A DNA stretch of 61,589 nucleotides, the filler included, from Deltaproteobacteria bacterium (GTDB lineage: Bacteria > JAEEML01): NCBI GenBank assembly GCA_016283195.1. It is 7 parts of 7 records of this genome, joined end to end, with 100 filler letters (N's around TTAATTAATTAA, not from the genome) between each part and the next. Parts side by side here need not be neighbours in the genome. Positions count along the whole stretch, not along the records: positions 1 to 11,349 come from JAEEML010000007.1; positions 11,450 to 15,185 come from JAEEML010000064.1; positions 15,286 to 32,179 come from JAEEML010000065.1; 4 more parts are not named here. One strand, 5' to 3'. The notes under the pieces were generated by a model that did no database searches, was not told the DNA's origin, and worked only from the letters and a program-made list of their open reading frames with translations. Below, in pieces: positions 9,290 through 20,471 of the stretch. The translations under genes and the position numbers were made by a program. Position 1 is the first letter of the stretch, and each line of letters opens with the position of its first letter.

Positions 9290-11349
9290 ATGTCTAAAAC
9301 AGTAATGGAAACAGAAACAGGCGGAAAAAAGTACAGCTTTGAAACTGGTCTTTTGGCCCAGCAGGCCAACGGCTCGGTAATGGCGCGCCTCGGCGACACC
9401 ATGGTGCTCGTCACCGCCGTTTCGGCCAAAGAAGAACGGGCCGGGGCCGATTTTGTGCCGCTCACCGTTGATTATCAGGAAAAAATGTATGCTTCCGGGC
9501 GCATTCCCGGCGGCTTTTTCAAGCGCGAAGGCAAGCCGCGCGACAGCGAGACCCTGTCGGCCCGCTTAATCGACCGCTCCATTCGCCCGCTTATTTACAA
9601 AACATGGAACTTTGATACTCACATCGTGGCTACAGTAGTGAGTGCCGATGGCTTAAACGACCCGCACGGCATCTCCTTAACCGGCGCTTCTATGGCTATG
9701 ATGATTAGCGATATACCCTTCCAGGGGCCCATTGCCGGCCTGAGAATTGCCCGCGTTGAGGGCAAATTTGTTATCGACCCCACGCCGGCCGAGCGCGAAA
9801 AAGCCGATATCGACCTCTTTGTGGCCTCCAGCCATGAAGCTATCGTCATGGTGGAAGGCGGCGCCAAAGAGGCAACAGAAGCCGAAATCATCGATGCACT
9901 TCTCGCTGCTCATGAGGCCGCTCAGCCGCTGCTCGATATCCAGGACAAAATGGTAGCTGCCGTGGGCAAAACCAAACGGCCGGTGCCCGAGCGGGCTACC
10001 GATGAAGTGCTCATGGCTACAGTGGAAGCCGCAGCCAAAGACATCATCACCAAAGCTTATTCCATTAAGACCAAGCTGGCTCGCTATGCCGCTGTGGACG
10101 ACGGCTGGAAAGAGCTCATGGAAAAGCTCACCTCCGCGCAGCCGGAGCTCGCTGAACGCAAAGAAGAAATCCATGGCATGTATGAAAAGCTCCAGGCTGC
10201 TCATGTGCGCAATATGATAGTGGAAACCGGCCACCGCATTGACGGCCGCAGCACCACCGAAGTGCGCCCCATCAGCTGCGAAGTTGGCGTTTTGCCGCGC
10301 GTCCACGGCTCAGCTCTCTTTACCCGTGGTGAGACTCAGGCTCTTGTCACCGCCACTTTGGGCACTCACCTTGATGAGCAAAAATTAGAGGAGCTCTGCG
10401 GCGAAGAATATAAGCGCTTTATACTGCACTATAACTTCCCGCCCTTCTCTGTGGGCGAAGCCAAACCGCTGCGCAGCCCCGGCCGCCGCGAAATCGGCCA
10501 TGGTGCTCTGGCTGAGCGGGCTATTTTGCAGATGCTGCCCTTTGCCAAGGATCCGGCCAAGCAAAAAGACTTCCCCTACACCGTGCGCGTAGTCTCTGAT
10601 ATTTTGGGCTCCAACGGCAGCTCTTCTCAGGCTACTATTTGCGGCTCTTCCCTGGCTCTCATGGATGCCGGCGTACCTATTGGCGATGCTGTTGCCGGTA
10701 TTGCTATGGGCCTCATCAAAGAGGGCGATAAGATTGTCATTTTAACCGATATCCTGGGCGACGAAGACCACCTGGGCGATATGGACTTCAAAGTAGCCGG
10801 TACCAAGAAGGGTGTCACTGCCATTCAGATGGATATCAAAATCACCGGTATCGACCGCACCATTCTGGAACGCGCCCTCTCCCAGGCCCGCGACGGTCGG
10901 CTCCATATTTTGGGCATTATGAATAATTGCATCTCCGCGCCGAGAAGTGAGATTTCGCCTTATGCTCCGCGCTATATCACCATCAATGTGCGCCCGGAGA
11001 AGATTAAAGATGTCATCGGCCCCGGCGGCAAAGTTATTAAAGACATTGTGGCCAAAACCGGCTGTTCTATTGAAGTGCAAGATAGCGGCGCCATTAATAT
11101 CGCTTCTACCGATACTGCTAAAGCCGAGCTGGCTGTTAAAATTATTAAGGGGCTCACTGCCGAAGTGGAACTTGGCAAATATTATATAGGTAAAGTCACC
11201 AGTATTAAAGACTTTGGTGCCTTTATCGAAGTGCTCCCCGGCACCGACGGCCTCTGCCACATCAGCGAGCTGGCCGATTACCGGGTGAAAGATGTCCACG
11301 ACGAGCTGGAAGAGGGCCAGGAAGTATTGGTCAAAGTCATCGGCATTGA
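9290..11349 (+). CDS. pnp: Polyribonucleotide nucleotidyltransferase (3' truncated at contig end, within S1 domain)
   Basis: [28 protein letters not shown] motif IGPGGK, S1 domain. Confidence 0.98.
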
Positions 11350-11449
11350 NNNNNNNNNNNNNNNNNNNNNNNNNNNNNNNNNNNNNNNNNNNNTTAATTA
11401 ATTAANNNNNNNNNNNNNNNNNNNNNNNNNNNNNNNNNNNNNNNNNNNN
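11350..11449. other. Artificial contig linker
   Basis: N44-TTAATTAATTAA-N44 (six-frame stop spacer). Confidence 0.99.
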
Positions 11450-11483
11450 ATTTCCAGTACTTGAGGAGGTGAGGTCCGCTTAG

Positions 11484-11509
11484 CCGGGGCTGCTGCCCCA
11501 GCACCAGGC
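11484..11509. repeat. Small GC hairpin repeat (copy 1; related copy near 54254-54280)
   Basis: CCGGGGCTGCTGCCCCAGCACCAGGC versus CTGGGGCTAGCTGCCCCCGCGCCTGGC. Confidence 0.45.
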
Positions 11510-11558
11510 TATGGCTCGGTAGCCAGTTATAAAATACACGTAAATTCTGGTAGATATT

Positions 11559-11607
11559 CCCCCTCGCTATTTTCGCAGAAAATGGAGAGGGGGTCAGGGG
11601 GTGAGGG
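11559..11607 (-). repeat. REP-like palindromic element
   Basis: Minus strand reads CCCTCACCCCCTGA-CCCCCTCTCCATTTTC-TGC-GAAAATAGCGAGGGGG, an imperfect hairpin. Confidence 0.55.
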
Positions 11608-11625
11608 CGCCGCAGGCTGAGGGGT

Positions 11626-11949
11626 TCAGGCGTCGCTTTTAGCATCCGAAGCGCCGTCGGAGTTGGAATCAGGTAGCGAATGGCATTCTTGCCCCTCAGG
11701 GACATATTTGGAATCAAAGCGACCGGGGCTGCAAAGTTTATATCCCGGATATTCGCAAAATCCGCCTTTTTCACCGGCATCGTCTTTGCCATCTTCCATA
11801 ACGCATTTGCCGTTTGGATATTGGTCGCATTTGTAACCACCAGATTTGGTGCAATTGTAATTGATTGGCTCAGGCCCATAGCAGGCAGCCAAAAAGGCAA
11901 TAGGAGCGCCAAGCACCAGAGCGGCGATTTTTTGTTTTACATACTTCAT
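11626..11949 (-). CDS. Small Cys-rich lipoprotein
   Basis: Lipobox FLAAC(YGP), six further Cys, acidic tail. Confidence 0.7.
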   Translation of the reverse strand: MKYVKQKIAALVLGAPIAFLAACYGPEPINYNCTKSGGYKCDQYPNGKCVMEDGKDDAGEKGGFCEYPGYKLCSPGRFDSKYVPEGQECHSLPDSNSDGASDAKSDA

Positions 11950-11998
11950 AATAAACCCCTTTCTTTCTTTGTACCGGCTTTTTACCGATAACTGAATA

Positions 11999-12028
11999 AA
12001 CTTATCCTATTTTTTTTTTTTTTGTCAA
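11999..12028 (-). promoter_or_regulatory. Sigma70-type promoter with poly-A spacer
   Basis: Minus strand TTGACA-A13-TAGGA-TAAGTT, about 50 nt upstream of lipoprotein ATG 11949. Confidence 0.55.
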
Positions 12029-12069
12029 TATATGCTGCAACTAATTGAAAATAATGGTAAAAATAGCAA

Positions 12070-12888
12070 CTATTTTTTTTGGTATAAATTGGCTGCACTT
12101 TCGGCGGCAGCCAAAACTCCGCTGGTCATAGCACTGGAAAATCCGGCTCTTTCCATAGCATTAAGCCCGGCAATAGTGCAGCCTTTGGGAGTGGTGACTT
12201 TATCTATCTCGGCTTCGGCATGGCCGCCGGAGGTGATGAGCAGCGCCGCCGCCCCTTTAGCTACCTGAGAGACCATGAGCTGTGCTTCTTCGGCATGAAA
12301 GCCAATTTCCGTGCCGCCCTGAGCGGCAGCCCTGATAGCGCGCAAAAAGAAGGCAATGCCGGAGCCCACGAGAGCAGTGGCGGCGGTCATCTGGCTTTCT
12401 TCAATAATAATGGCCGAGCCGATTTTTTGATAAAGTTCCACTACTTTGGCGGCGGCGGCGCTATCATCAGAGCAAATTGTAGTCATGCTCTCACCGACGG
12501 CGGCGGCAATATTGGGCATAATGCGCACATTTTGGCTCATCGGGAAAAAGGCCTTTAATTCCGGACAAGTGACACCGCTAACGACCGAAATGAGCAACTG
12601 GCCCGGCTTTAACGCTTTAGCCACTTCCGCGGCAATGAGCGGTAAAATATGCGGCCGCACAGCGAGCAGCACCATATCCGCCATTTTTATAGAATCGCCG
12701 TTATTATAAGAAACCTGGTAACCCTCGCGGCTAAAGGGCAGGAGCACTTCGGCATCCGGGCGGGCGAGAATTATTTCTTCTTTGCTGAAAACACCTTTTA
12801 AAACAAAGCCTTTTACCATCGAAAGGCCGATATTACCGGCGCCGATAACGGCCAGTTTGGCCTCCTTTAATGAAGGATAAGATTCCAT
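12070..12888 (-). CDS. proC: Pyrroline-5-carboxylate reductase
   Basis: IGAGNIG, RIMPNI, GSGIAF, VTTPKGCTIAGL. Confidence 0.95.
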   Translation of the reverse strand: MESYPSLKEAKLAVIGAGNIGLSMVKGFVLKGVFSKEEIILARPDAEVLLPFSREGYQVSYNNGDSIKMADMVLLAVRPHILPLIAAEVAKALKPGQLLISVVSGVTCPELKAFFPMSQNVRIMPNIAAAVGESMTTICSDDSAAAAKVVELYQKIGSAIIIEESQMTAATALVGSGIAFFLRAIRAAAQGGTEIGFHAEEAQLMVSQVAKGAAALLITSGGHAEAEIDKVTTPKGCTIAGLNAMERAGFSSAMTSGVLAAAESAANLYQKK

Positions 12889-13080
12889 ATTTACTCCTAT
12901 TATTTATTAGTGGTTGTTAGCCATCTAGGTTAAATTCCTCTATTTTGCACCCGTGCTTTTGGGCTTTTCTCGTCATAATTTATGGCGACGAATAGCCCCT
13001 CCGGCGGCGCACTATAGCAGAATAAGTGATTGTTATAAAGGCAAATCTATTTTGTCTGGAGGCTTCTTAATGGCAGATTT

Positions 13081-13740
13081 TTAGTTGTTGGTTACCAGCA
13101 TACTTTGCGGATCGAGGTGGAGAGATACGCTGTCTTTTAAACCCTTAAAGGGTAATACTTCCACATAGTTACCGGTGTGACGCAGGCCCATGGAGCGGTC
13201 AGCGGCAGCGGTGAGCTCTTTGGCGTAGTCGCTTTCGACTTCGGCAGTGGCAGTCACCCAAATGGCCATATCCAGCTTTTTGGCCAGCTCTTTTAAAGCC
13301 GCCATGTTATCGGTGGTTAACTCGAGGCCATCGAGCAAAAGCACTTTGGCGGTAAAAATATTCTGGCTTGAAAGATCGGCAATGCGCTCTTCCAAACCGG
13401 CGAGCGAAAAGCGCTCGGCTTTGAAAGTCATAATAAAGCGTTTTTGCAAATTTTGCGCCCAAAGTTGCCCCAGAGCCACGCCGTCAAAGCGCTTGGCCAG
13501 GTGGCTTAACATTTCGTCGTACCAAACAGTGACTTTAGCGACCGGGTCGCCGATGGAAGCATGGATAACCGGCCCGTTGATGAGCATGGAATCCAAGGCA
13601 AATTGCACTAAAAGAGCGGTTTTGCCCACGCCGGGTTTGGCAATGACAACGCCGACTTCGCCGGGTTTTAAGGCCGCTTCGGTACGGCCACCGTTGAGAA
13701 GATGAATAGGATTTTGGTCGAGAATCTCATTAACTAACAT
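13081..13740 (-). CDS. KaiC/RecA-like P-loop ATPase domain protein
   Basis: Walker A region AKPGVGKT, Walker-B-like LLLDG; GGAGG RBS 11 nt after fusA stop. Confidence 0.75.
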   Translation of the reverse strand: MLVNEILDQNPIHLLNGGRTEAALKPGEVGVVIAKPGVGKTALLVQFALDSMLINGPVIHASIGDPVAKVTVWYDEMLSHLAKRFDGVALGQLWAQNLQKRFIMTFKAERFSLAGLEERIADLSSQNIFTAKVLLLDGLELTTDNMAALKELAKKLDMAIWVTATAEVESDYAKELTAAADRSMGLRHTGNYVEVLPFKGLKDSVSLHLDPQSMLVTNN

Positions 13741-13751
13741 TGGTGGCCTCC

Positions 13752-15185
13752 TTACTTGTTGTTTTTGGCTTCTTCAGCGTGAAATTTATCTAACAAATCT
13801 TTGGCAAGCGCAGCCGGTACCTGGCGGTAACAGGCAAACTCCATAGTGAATTGAGCTTTGCCCTGGCTATTGGAGCGCACCACAGTGGAGTAGCCGAACA
13901 TCTCGGAAAGCGGCACCTGAGCCTCAATAACGCAGTTATTGCCTTCATCCTGGGTACCAACGATGAGGCCGCGGCGCTGATTCAAAGTGCCCATGAGAGC
14001 GCCTTGGTACTCGGTCGGAGTTTCCACAACCACCTTCATAATCGGCTCTTGTAAAACCGGGCCGGCCTTCATATAAGCCTCTTGGAAACCGCCGCGGGCG
14101 GCCAATTGGAAGGCTAAATCTGAGGAGTCAACCGAGTGGGAGGCACCGTCGTTGATGGTGCATTGCACGCCGATGACCTGACATTTCATGAGTGGGCCTT
14201 TTTCCATGCAGGAACGGAAACCCTTGTCGCAAGCGCCGATGAACTGGGTTGGAATGGCGCCGCCAACAACTTGATTGTCAAAGATGTATTCTTCTTCGCA
14301 GGGCTCCAAATAACCGGCCACGCGGGCAAACTGGCCGGAACCACCGGTTTGTTTTTTGTGCAGGTAGTTGAAGTCGGCGTGCTTGGTGATGGTTTCGCGG
14401 TAGGCAACTTTGGGCTGACCAACGTTGACTTCGGCTTTGTATTCACGGCGCATACGCTCGATGTAAACTTCGAGGTGCAACTCGCCCATACCGGAAATGA
14501 TGGTTTCGTTTGTAACATCATCATTGGCCACGCGGAAGGTAGGATCTTCCTTGGTGAAGCGGGAGAGTGCTTTGGTCATATTAACGCGGGCGTTGTTATC
14601 GGCCGGAGTAATAGCCATGGAGATAACCGGCTCCGGTACATGCATGGCAGTCATGGTAAGGTTGACGCCCTGGGCCACAAAAGTATCGCCGGAAGCGCAG
14701 TCGATGCCAAAGAGGGCGCCGATGTAACCGGCGGGAATGGCCTCGATATCTTCCATGGTGTTGGCATGCATACGCACCACGCGGCCGATTTTTTGTTTGC
14801 GGCCGGTGCGCACGTTGGTGAGAGTGTCACCTTTGCGCAAAGTGCCTTGATAAACGCGGATATAAGTGAGCTGGCCAAATGGGCCGTCATCCAGCTTGAA
14901 GGTTAAAGCCACACAGGGTTTATCCGGGTTATTCTCCAAAACAACTTCGGCGCCGTCGTTGTCCATATCGTTGGCGGTGTTTTCCACCTCTTCCGGTGAG
15001 GGCAGGTAGGCGTTGACGGCATCGAGGAGCGGCTGAATACCTTTGTTTTTATAAGCAGAACCCATGAAAACCGGGGTGAGTTCGCGCTTTAAAGTACCTT
15101 TACGCACGCCGTCCATGATGAGTTCCGGGGTAACAGTACCTTCGAGAGCGGCTTCCATCAGCTCATCGGAGAAGTTGGAAGCGGC
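13752..15185 (-). CDS. fusA: Elongation factor G (5' truncated at contig end)
   Basis: [49 protein letters not shown]. Confidence 0.97.
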   Translation of the reverse strand, partial: AASNFSDELMEAALEGTVTPELIMDGVRKGTLKRELTPVFMGSAYKNKGIQPLLDAVNAYLPSPEEVENTANDMDNDGAEVVLENNPDKPCVALTFKLDDGPFGQLTYIRVYQGTLRKGDTLTNVRTGRKQKIGRVVRMHANTMEDIEAIPAGYIGALFGIDCASGDTFVAQGVNLTMTAMHVPEPVISMAITPADNNARVNMTKALSRFTKEDPTFRVANDDVTNETIISGMGELHLEVYIERMRREYKAEVNVGQPKVAYRETITKHADFNYLHKKQTGGSGQFARVAGYLEPCEEEYIFDNQVVGGAIPTQFIGACDKGFRSCMEKGPLMKCQVIGVQCTINDGASHSVDSSDLAFQLAARGGFQEAYMKAGPVLQEPIMKVVVETPTEYQGALMGTLNQRRGLIVGTQDEGNNCVIEAQVPLSEMFGYSTVVRSNSQGKAQFTMEFACYRQVPAALAKDLLDKFHAEEAKNNK

Positions 15186-15285
15186 NNNNNNNNNNNNNNN
15201 NNNNNNNNNNNNNNNNNNNNNNNNNNNNNTTAATTAATTAANNNNNNNNNNNNNNNNNNNNNNNNNNNNNNNNNNNNNNNNNNNN
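15186..15285. other. Artificial contig linker
   Basis: N44-TTAATTAATTAA-N44. Confidence 0.99.
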
Positions 15286-15287
15286 TG

Positions 15288-16688
15288 GAAATTACCGATT
15301 CTCCTTATGTTGTGCTCAATATGCGCATTATGACCCGTATGGGCCAAAAAGTGCTTGATGTTCTCGGCGATAAGTTCTTCGTGCCCTGTATGCACTCTGT
15401 TGGTTACCCCTTGGATAACCGCCCCGATAAACCCTGGCCCTGTGCCGAAAATGTCGATGATAAATATATCGTCCAGTTCCCCGAAACTTATGAAATCTGG
15501 TCCTTTGGTTCCGGCTACGGCGGCAACGCCCTCCTCGGTAAAAAATGCTTTGCTCTCCGCATCGGTTCCGCTATGGCCCGCGATCAAGGCTGGTTGGCTG
15601 AGCACATGCTCATCCTCGATGTGGAAGATCCCAAGGGCAATAAAACCTACATCAGCGCCGCTTTCCCCTCGGCCTGTGGCAAAACCAACCTGGCTATGGT
15701 TACTCCGCCGGCCGGGCTCAAAGGCTACAAAGCCAGCACCATCGGCGACGATATCGCCTGGATTAAACCGGGAAAAGACGGCCGCTTCTATGCCATTAAC
15801 CCGGAAAACGGCTTCTTTGGCGTAGCTCCCGGCACCTCTTATGACAGTAACCCCATCGCCATGGATTCCATTAAAAAGAATACCATCTTTACCAACGTGG
15901 CTTTAACCGATGATGGCGATGTATGGTGGGAAGGCATGACCAAAGAGGCTCCGAAACACCTCATCGACTGGCATGGCAACGACTGGACTCCGGATATGAA
16001 CGCCGATAAAGCGCATCCGGCTGCTCACCCCAACTCCCGCTTTACCGCTCCGGCCATCAACTGCCCAACTCTTGATAAAGATTGGGAAAAAGGCTCCGGT
16101 GTGCCGATTAGCGCCTTTATCTTTGGCGGCCGTTTAGCCAGCAACTTCCCGCTCTGCTACGAAGCCAAAGACTGGGATCACGGTGTCTTTATGGCCGCTA
16201 CCATGGGTTCCGAAGCCACCGCCGCTGTTCTCGATGCTCACGGCGGTATCCGCCGCGACCCCATGGCCATGAAGCCCTTCGTGGGTTACAATATGGCCGA
16301 TTACTGGGGCCACTGGATTGAAATGGGCCACAAAGGCTACAAAGTGCCCAAAATCTTCCGCGTCAACTGGTTCCGTAAAGATGAGGAAGGCCACTTTATG
16401 TGGCCGGGTTACGGCGACAATATGCGCGTAATCAAATGGATTATCGACCGTTGCAACGGCGTGGCCGGCGGCGAGGAAACTCTGCTCGGCTTTAGCCCGC
16501 GCTATGAAGATATCGACTTTACCGGCCTTGATTACAGCAAAGAAGATTTTGCCAAACTCATGACCGTAACCAAAGAAGGCCTGGCCAAAGAGGCGGCCGG
16601 CATTGCTTCATACTTTGAGCAATTCGGCGACCATCTACCCAAAGAGCTGGCCGCTGCCCGTCAAGAAATGGAAGATAAATCCAAATAA
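15288..16688 (+). CDS. pckG: Phosphoenolpyruvate carboxykinase (GTP), 5' truncated
   Basis: [46 protein letters not shown]. Confidence 0.97.
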   Translation, partial: EITDSPYVVLNMRIMTRMGQKVLDVLGDKFFVPCMHSVGYPLDNRPDKPWPCAENVDDKYIVQFPETYEIWSFGSGYGGNALLGKKCFALRIGSAMARDQGWLAEHMLILDVEDPKGNKTYISAAFPSACGKTNLAMVTPPAGLKGYKASTIGDDIAWIKPGKDGRFYAINPENGFFGVAPGTSYDSNPIAMDSIKKNTIFTNVALTDDGDVWWEGMTKEAPKHLIDWHGNDWTPDMNADKAHPAAHPNSRFTAPAINCPTLDKDWEKGSGVPISAFIFGGRLASNFPLCYEAKDWDHGVFMAATMGSEATAAVLDAHGGIRRDPMAMKPFVGYNMADYWGHWIEMGHKGYKVPKIFRVNWFRKDEEGHFMWPGYGDNMRVIKWIIDRCNGVAGGEETLLGFSPRYEDIDFTGLDYSKEDFAKLMTVTKEGLAKEAAGIASYFEQFGDHLPKELAAARQEMEDKSK

Positions 16689-16727
16689 TTAAATTCACAC
16701 ACTTTTTAGAGAATAGTTCCTACTAAT

Positions 16728-17285
16728 ATGAACGAGGCCAAAGTAACCGCACTTGTCAGCGAGCTTTTGCGAGAAATAGGCGAAGACCCAGAGCGCGAAG
16801 GGCTCATAAAAACGCCTGAGCGCGTGGCTAAAGCCCTGGAGTTTTTAACCCAGGGCTACCGCCTAAATCCACAGGAGATTATCAACAACGCCGTCTTTGA
16901 AGCCAGCGCCAGCAATATGATTATTGTCAGAGATATTGAAATATATAGCCTCTGCGAACATCACATGCTGCCCTTCTTTGGCCATTGTCACATTGGCTAC
17001 ATCGCCAAAGACAAAGTGCTGGGCGTTTCAAAACTAGCCAGAATCGCTGATCTTTTTGCCAGGCGTTTGCAAATTCAGGAGCGCCTAACCGCTCAAATTG
17101 CCCAAATGGTGATGGACGAAGCCGGAGCCGAAGGTGTGGGCGTGGTGATGGAATGTCGCCACCTCTGTATGATGATGCGCGGGGTGGAGAAGCAAAACAG
17201 CGTTATGGCCACTTCCTCTGTTTTGGGCTCCTTCCGTGATGAGCCGGAAACCAGAGCGGAGTTTATGACCCTTTTAAACCGCTGA
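16728..17285 (+). CDS. folE: GTP cyclohydrolase I
   Basis: [37 protein letters not shown]. Confidence 0.97.
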   Translation: MNEAKVTALVSELLREIGEDPEREGLIKTPERVAKALEFLTQGYRLNPQEIINNAVFEASASNMIIVRDIEIYSLCEHHMLPFFGHCHIGYIAKDKVLGVSKLARIADLFARRLQIQERLTAQIAQMVMDEAGAEGVGVVMECRHLCMMMRGVEKQNSVMATSSVLGSFRDEPETRAEFMTLLNR

Positions 17286-17310
17286 TTCACCGCATTGGTG
17301 CTTTGTTTAG

Positions 17311-19605
17311 ATGAAACGCTTTTTTCCCATACTCAGCAGTTTTTTGGCTGTCTTTTTGCTCTCTATACTACCTAATAAGGCAGCCGCCGACCAAACTAAT
17401 CGGGAACTGCCCATAATTTCATCAATAAAACAGCACTTGGCGCTTAAAGCCCATCAAGAGCTATTCGACGGCAACTCCTTAACAAACAGCAATAACAATG
17501 ACTTAAATCCCGGAGATATGCTAATCAGCGCTTTGGTTAATTACCGCCAAGGCCACTGGGCAGAAGCTGCTGCACTCTATAGTCCGCTGGTTTCTCTCCT
17601 GCCGGAAATAGAGGATTATCTGCTCCTCATGCAGGCCCAAAGCGCCATGAATGCCGGCGATTACGCTGCGGCCAAACAAGCGGCGGAGCGCTTAAAAAGC
17701 GCCTATGCCGATTCGCGTTTTTATAAAAATAACCCCGCCCTCACCGGTGACATTGCCCTGGCAGCCGGTGATTATGCCTTAGCTATTACCGCCTATAGTG
17801 AGCTTATTTCTGAAGCCGGCACCGGCGGCAAAAATCTGCCTCTTTTGCGGCTTAATAGAGCCAAAGCTCTGGAACTTTCAGGCAATTTAGCCGAGGCCGC
17901 CAAGGAATACCAATATATCACCATGCACTGGCCGGCCTGGAGCGGCGCTAAAGAAGCCACAGATATTCTAAAAGCGCTTAAAGCTGCTGGTATAACACCG
18001 CCGGCTCCAGGTTATGCTGCCCAAAAAAGTTATGCTAAAGCTCTGCGCCGCGCCGGTCTTAATAGCCGCGCTGCCCAAGTTTATGAAGAGCTCTATAAAA
18101 GGACAAAAGATAGCAAAGAACGACTGGAGCTGGCTCCAATGCTCCTGGATGCTCTTTTAAAAGCTAATAAATATACCGAAACTCAGCGCTGGATGCACAA
18201 ACTGCCGCTTGATGAATTACCAAATCAAATCGAGCGCTTACAGCTGGAAGTGCGCCTGGCGAAAGGGCAGAAGGATAAGAAAAGGATAAATGATCTTTAT
18301 AAAAAATTTGAGGCCCAGTTTGCCACCGCCAAAGTCACGCGCAATATATTTTTAAATTTGGCTATTGATGCCCGCGATAGTGGCAATAATGAGCTGGCTC
18401 TTAAATACTTTGCCAAGGTTTTTGGGGCTAAAAGCAGTGATTCACTCGCCCAAGATGCTCTTTGGCAAAGTGCGCTTTTAGCCATTAGCACCGCTGATTA
18501 CCCAAAAGCGCTAAAATTTCTCGATCGCCTTTTAAATATTTATCAAAAAGATGCCTCCGGCACGGCGCGCATTCAATATTGGCGCGGGCGGGTCCTGCGC
18601 CTTAGCGGGCATGAAGCTGAAGCTGTAAATGCTTTTCAAAGCAGTCTTAAAGCCCTGGCAACCGGCTACTATGCTATGTTGTCCGCTTTGCAACTCGGCC
18701 AGGCAGCTCCGCCTATGCCGGTAAATGCCTATTTGGTAACAGCTCAAAATAATTTAGGAAATTGGTTGCCGCCAGCGGAGGAAAAGTCTCCTCTTCTCTG
18801 CGGCCTGGGCAAGCGTAATCGGCCGCTTTTGTCAAATACTGATTTGCCTGACATTCCCTGGGATAAGCCGGCTATAAGGCGTATTCTGCTCTTTGCCTTT
18901 TTAGAACTTTCAGAGGAAGTTTATACCGAGCTGGCCACGCTGGAAGCAAGTCATGAAAATATAAAGCTGGCCCACGCTTTGGGCGACTATTTTCATGCTT
19001 TTAGCTGGTCGGCCAAACTGCTTGGCAAAGATGCAAATAACCTGCCAAATACTGAAAATATGGCTCTGTTTAATTCTTACTATCCGCTCACCTATCCCGA
19101 TATTCTGCCGCAAGCCGCAGCGGAAAAAGAAATGTATGACCTATTATTACAAGCACTTATGCGCCAGGAAAGCGCCTATAAACCCTTTGCGCACAGCTGG
19201 GCCAACGCTCGCGGACTCATGCAAATTATTCCCGTTACCGGCAAGCGTATTGCCGCCCAAATCGGCGACAAAGATTTTGACGAAACGCGCCTCTTTGAAG
19301 AGCCTCTAAGCATTAATTACTCCGCCTGGTATTTAAAAGAGCTTTTAAACAAGTATCATCAGCAACTGCCCATGGCCATCGGCAGCTACAATGCCGGCCC
19401 CAAAGCCATGAGCCGCTGGATAGATGCCCGCGGCGAAATAGATACCGACCTTTTTGTGGAACGCATTCCCTATTTGGAAACGCGCAATTATATAAAAAGG
19501 GTGCTGGGAGTTTTGCATAATTATTGCACTGTTTATGAGCCAGGGACAATTATTCCCTGGCCGGCGCATCCGGATAACGCCTATGGCGACAATATAAACT
19601 TTTAG
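17311..19605 (+). CDS. Soluble lytic transglycosylase (Slt-type) with TPR repeats
   Basis: Signal peptide, TPR-like helices, C-terminal RQES, ARGLMQ, SYNAGP, ETRNYIK. Confidence 0.92.
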   Translation: MKRFFPILSSFLAVFLLSILPNKAAADQTNRELPIISSIKQHLALKAHQELFDGNSLTNSNNNDLNPGDMLISALVNYRQGHWAEAAALYSPLVSLLPEIEDYLLLMQAQSAMNAGDYAAAKQAAERLKSAYADSRFYKNNPALTGDIALAAGDYALAITAYSELISEAGTGGKNLPLLRLNRAKALELSGNLAEAAKEYQYITMHWPAWSGAKEATDILKALKAAGITPPAPGYAAQKSYAKALRRAGLNSRAAQVYEELYKRTKDSKERLELAPMLLDALLKANKYTETQRWMHKLPLDELPNQIERLQLEVRLAKGQKDKKRINDLYKKFEAQFATAKVTRNIFLNLAIDARDSGNNELALKYFAKVFGAKSSDSLAQDALWQSALLAISTADYPKALKFLDRLLNIYQKDASGTARIQYWRGRVLRLSGHEAEAVNAFQSSLKALATGYYAMLSALQLGQAAPPMPVNAYLVTAQNNLGNWLPPAEEKSPLLCGLGKRNRPLLSNTDLPDIPWDKPAIRRILLFAFLELSEEVYTELATLEASHENIKLAHALGDYFHAFSWSAKLLGKDANNLPNTENMALFNSYYPLTYPDILPQAAAEKEMYDLLLQALMRQESAYKPFAHSWANARGLMQIIPVTGKRIAAQIGDKDFDETRLFEEPLSINYSAWYLKELLNKYHQQLPMAIGSYNAGPKAMSRWIDARGEIDTDLFVERIPYLETRNYIKRVLGVLHNYCTVYEPGTIIPWPAHPDNAYGDNINF

Positions 19606-19632
19606 AGCTCATAAGCTCAGACGGGCCATACA

Positions 19633-20463
19633 ATGCAGCTAACACTGGGTAAATTAAAGATAATTTTAAGACCTAGCTTTTTAGCTGTCACCCTGGCCTT
19701 TAGCTACTCGCAACTTTGGCCCAAAATTTCACCCGCCACCCTGCCCCGGCTGCTAATTTTGGCTCTTATTTTTATTATTTCCATTGCTATTCATGAATTT
19801 GGCCACGCTCTGGCTTTTCAAAAAATCGGTCGCCCGGCAGAAATTACCCTCCACTTTTTGGGCGGCACCACCAGGCCCCTTTCGGCCGCGGCGCTAAAAC
19901 CTGGCGAAGAGCTTTTTGTCAGCCTCATGGGTCCACTGGCCGGCTTACTGCTCAGCGGCCTATCAGCTCTCGATTTGCTCTTTATTAACAGCGCAGAAAT
20001 TAAAGTATTTTTACAATATGCCCTCTATATTAACCTCATTTGGAGCGCCGTCAATCTCCTGCCGCTTATGCCTCTTGACGGCGGCCATGCCCTAGCGGCC
20101 TTATTAACTCTCCTCTGGGAGAGAGAAAGTAGCAAGATCCTTTACCTTATCTCTGCCATCTGCTCACTGCTGGCCGCCATTCTGACTGTTTACAGCGGCT
20201 TATATTGGGCCGCGGTTATTTTTGGCTATTTAGTATTCATAAATGCTCTTAATTTTTGGAAAATAGTAAAATATAATCCATCATTTAACAGCAAAGAGGC
20301 GGAGATAAAAGATCTTCTCGCCCAGGGGGCCATCGGCGCGGCCTTGCAAAAGAGCAAAGAGCTAATGAGAAACGCCGGCAAAGAGCGGCCAAGAGCCGAG
20401 GCACTATATAAATACTGCTGTGATGTGGCACAGTTGGAAGATGATGGAGAGAGTGGCGGCTGA
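19633..20463 (+). CDS. Site-2 protease (M50) family membrane metalloprotease
   Basis: HEFGH and NLLPLMPLDGG motifs, TM helices. Confidence 0.9.
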   Translation: MQLTLGKLKIILRPSFLAVTLAFSYSQLWPKISPATLPRLLILALIFIISIAIHEFGHALAFQKIGRPAEITLHFLGGTTRPLSAAALKPGEELFVSLMGPLAGLLLSGLSALDLLFINSAEIKVFLQYALYINLIWSAVNLLPLMPLDGGHALAALLTLLWERESSKILYLISAICSLLAAILTVYSGLYWAAVIFGYLVFINALNFWKIVKYNPSFNSKEAEIKDLLAQGAIGAALQKSKELMRNAGKERPRAEALYKYCCDVAQLEDDGESGG

Positions 20464-20471
20464 TTGCGGCT

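Noticed and set aside
11394-11912. 172-aa minus-strand ORF running into the linker
   Set aside because: Alternative frame overlapping the better-supported lipoprotein and crossing REP-like palindromes; no family features.
12961-12998. Imperfect inverted repeat between the ATPase gene and proC as a riboswitch or T-box
   Set aside because: No recognisable aptamer or T-box motif; at most a weak terminator-like hairpin.
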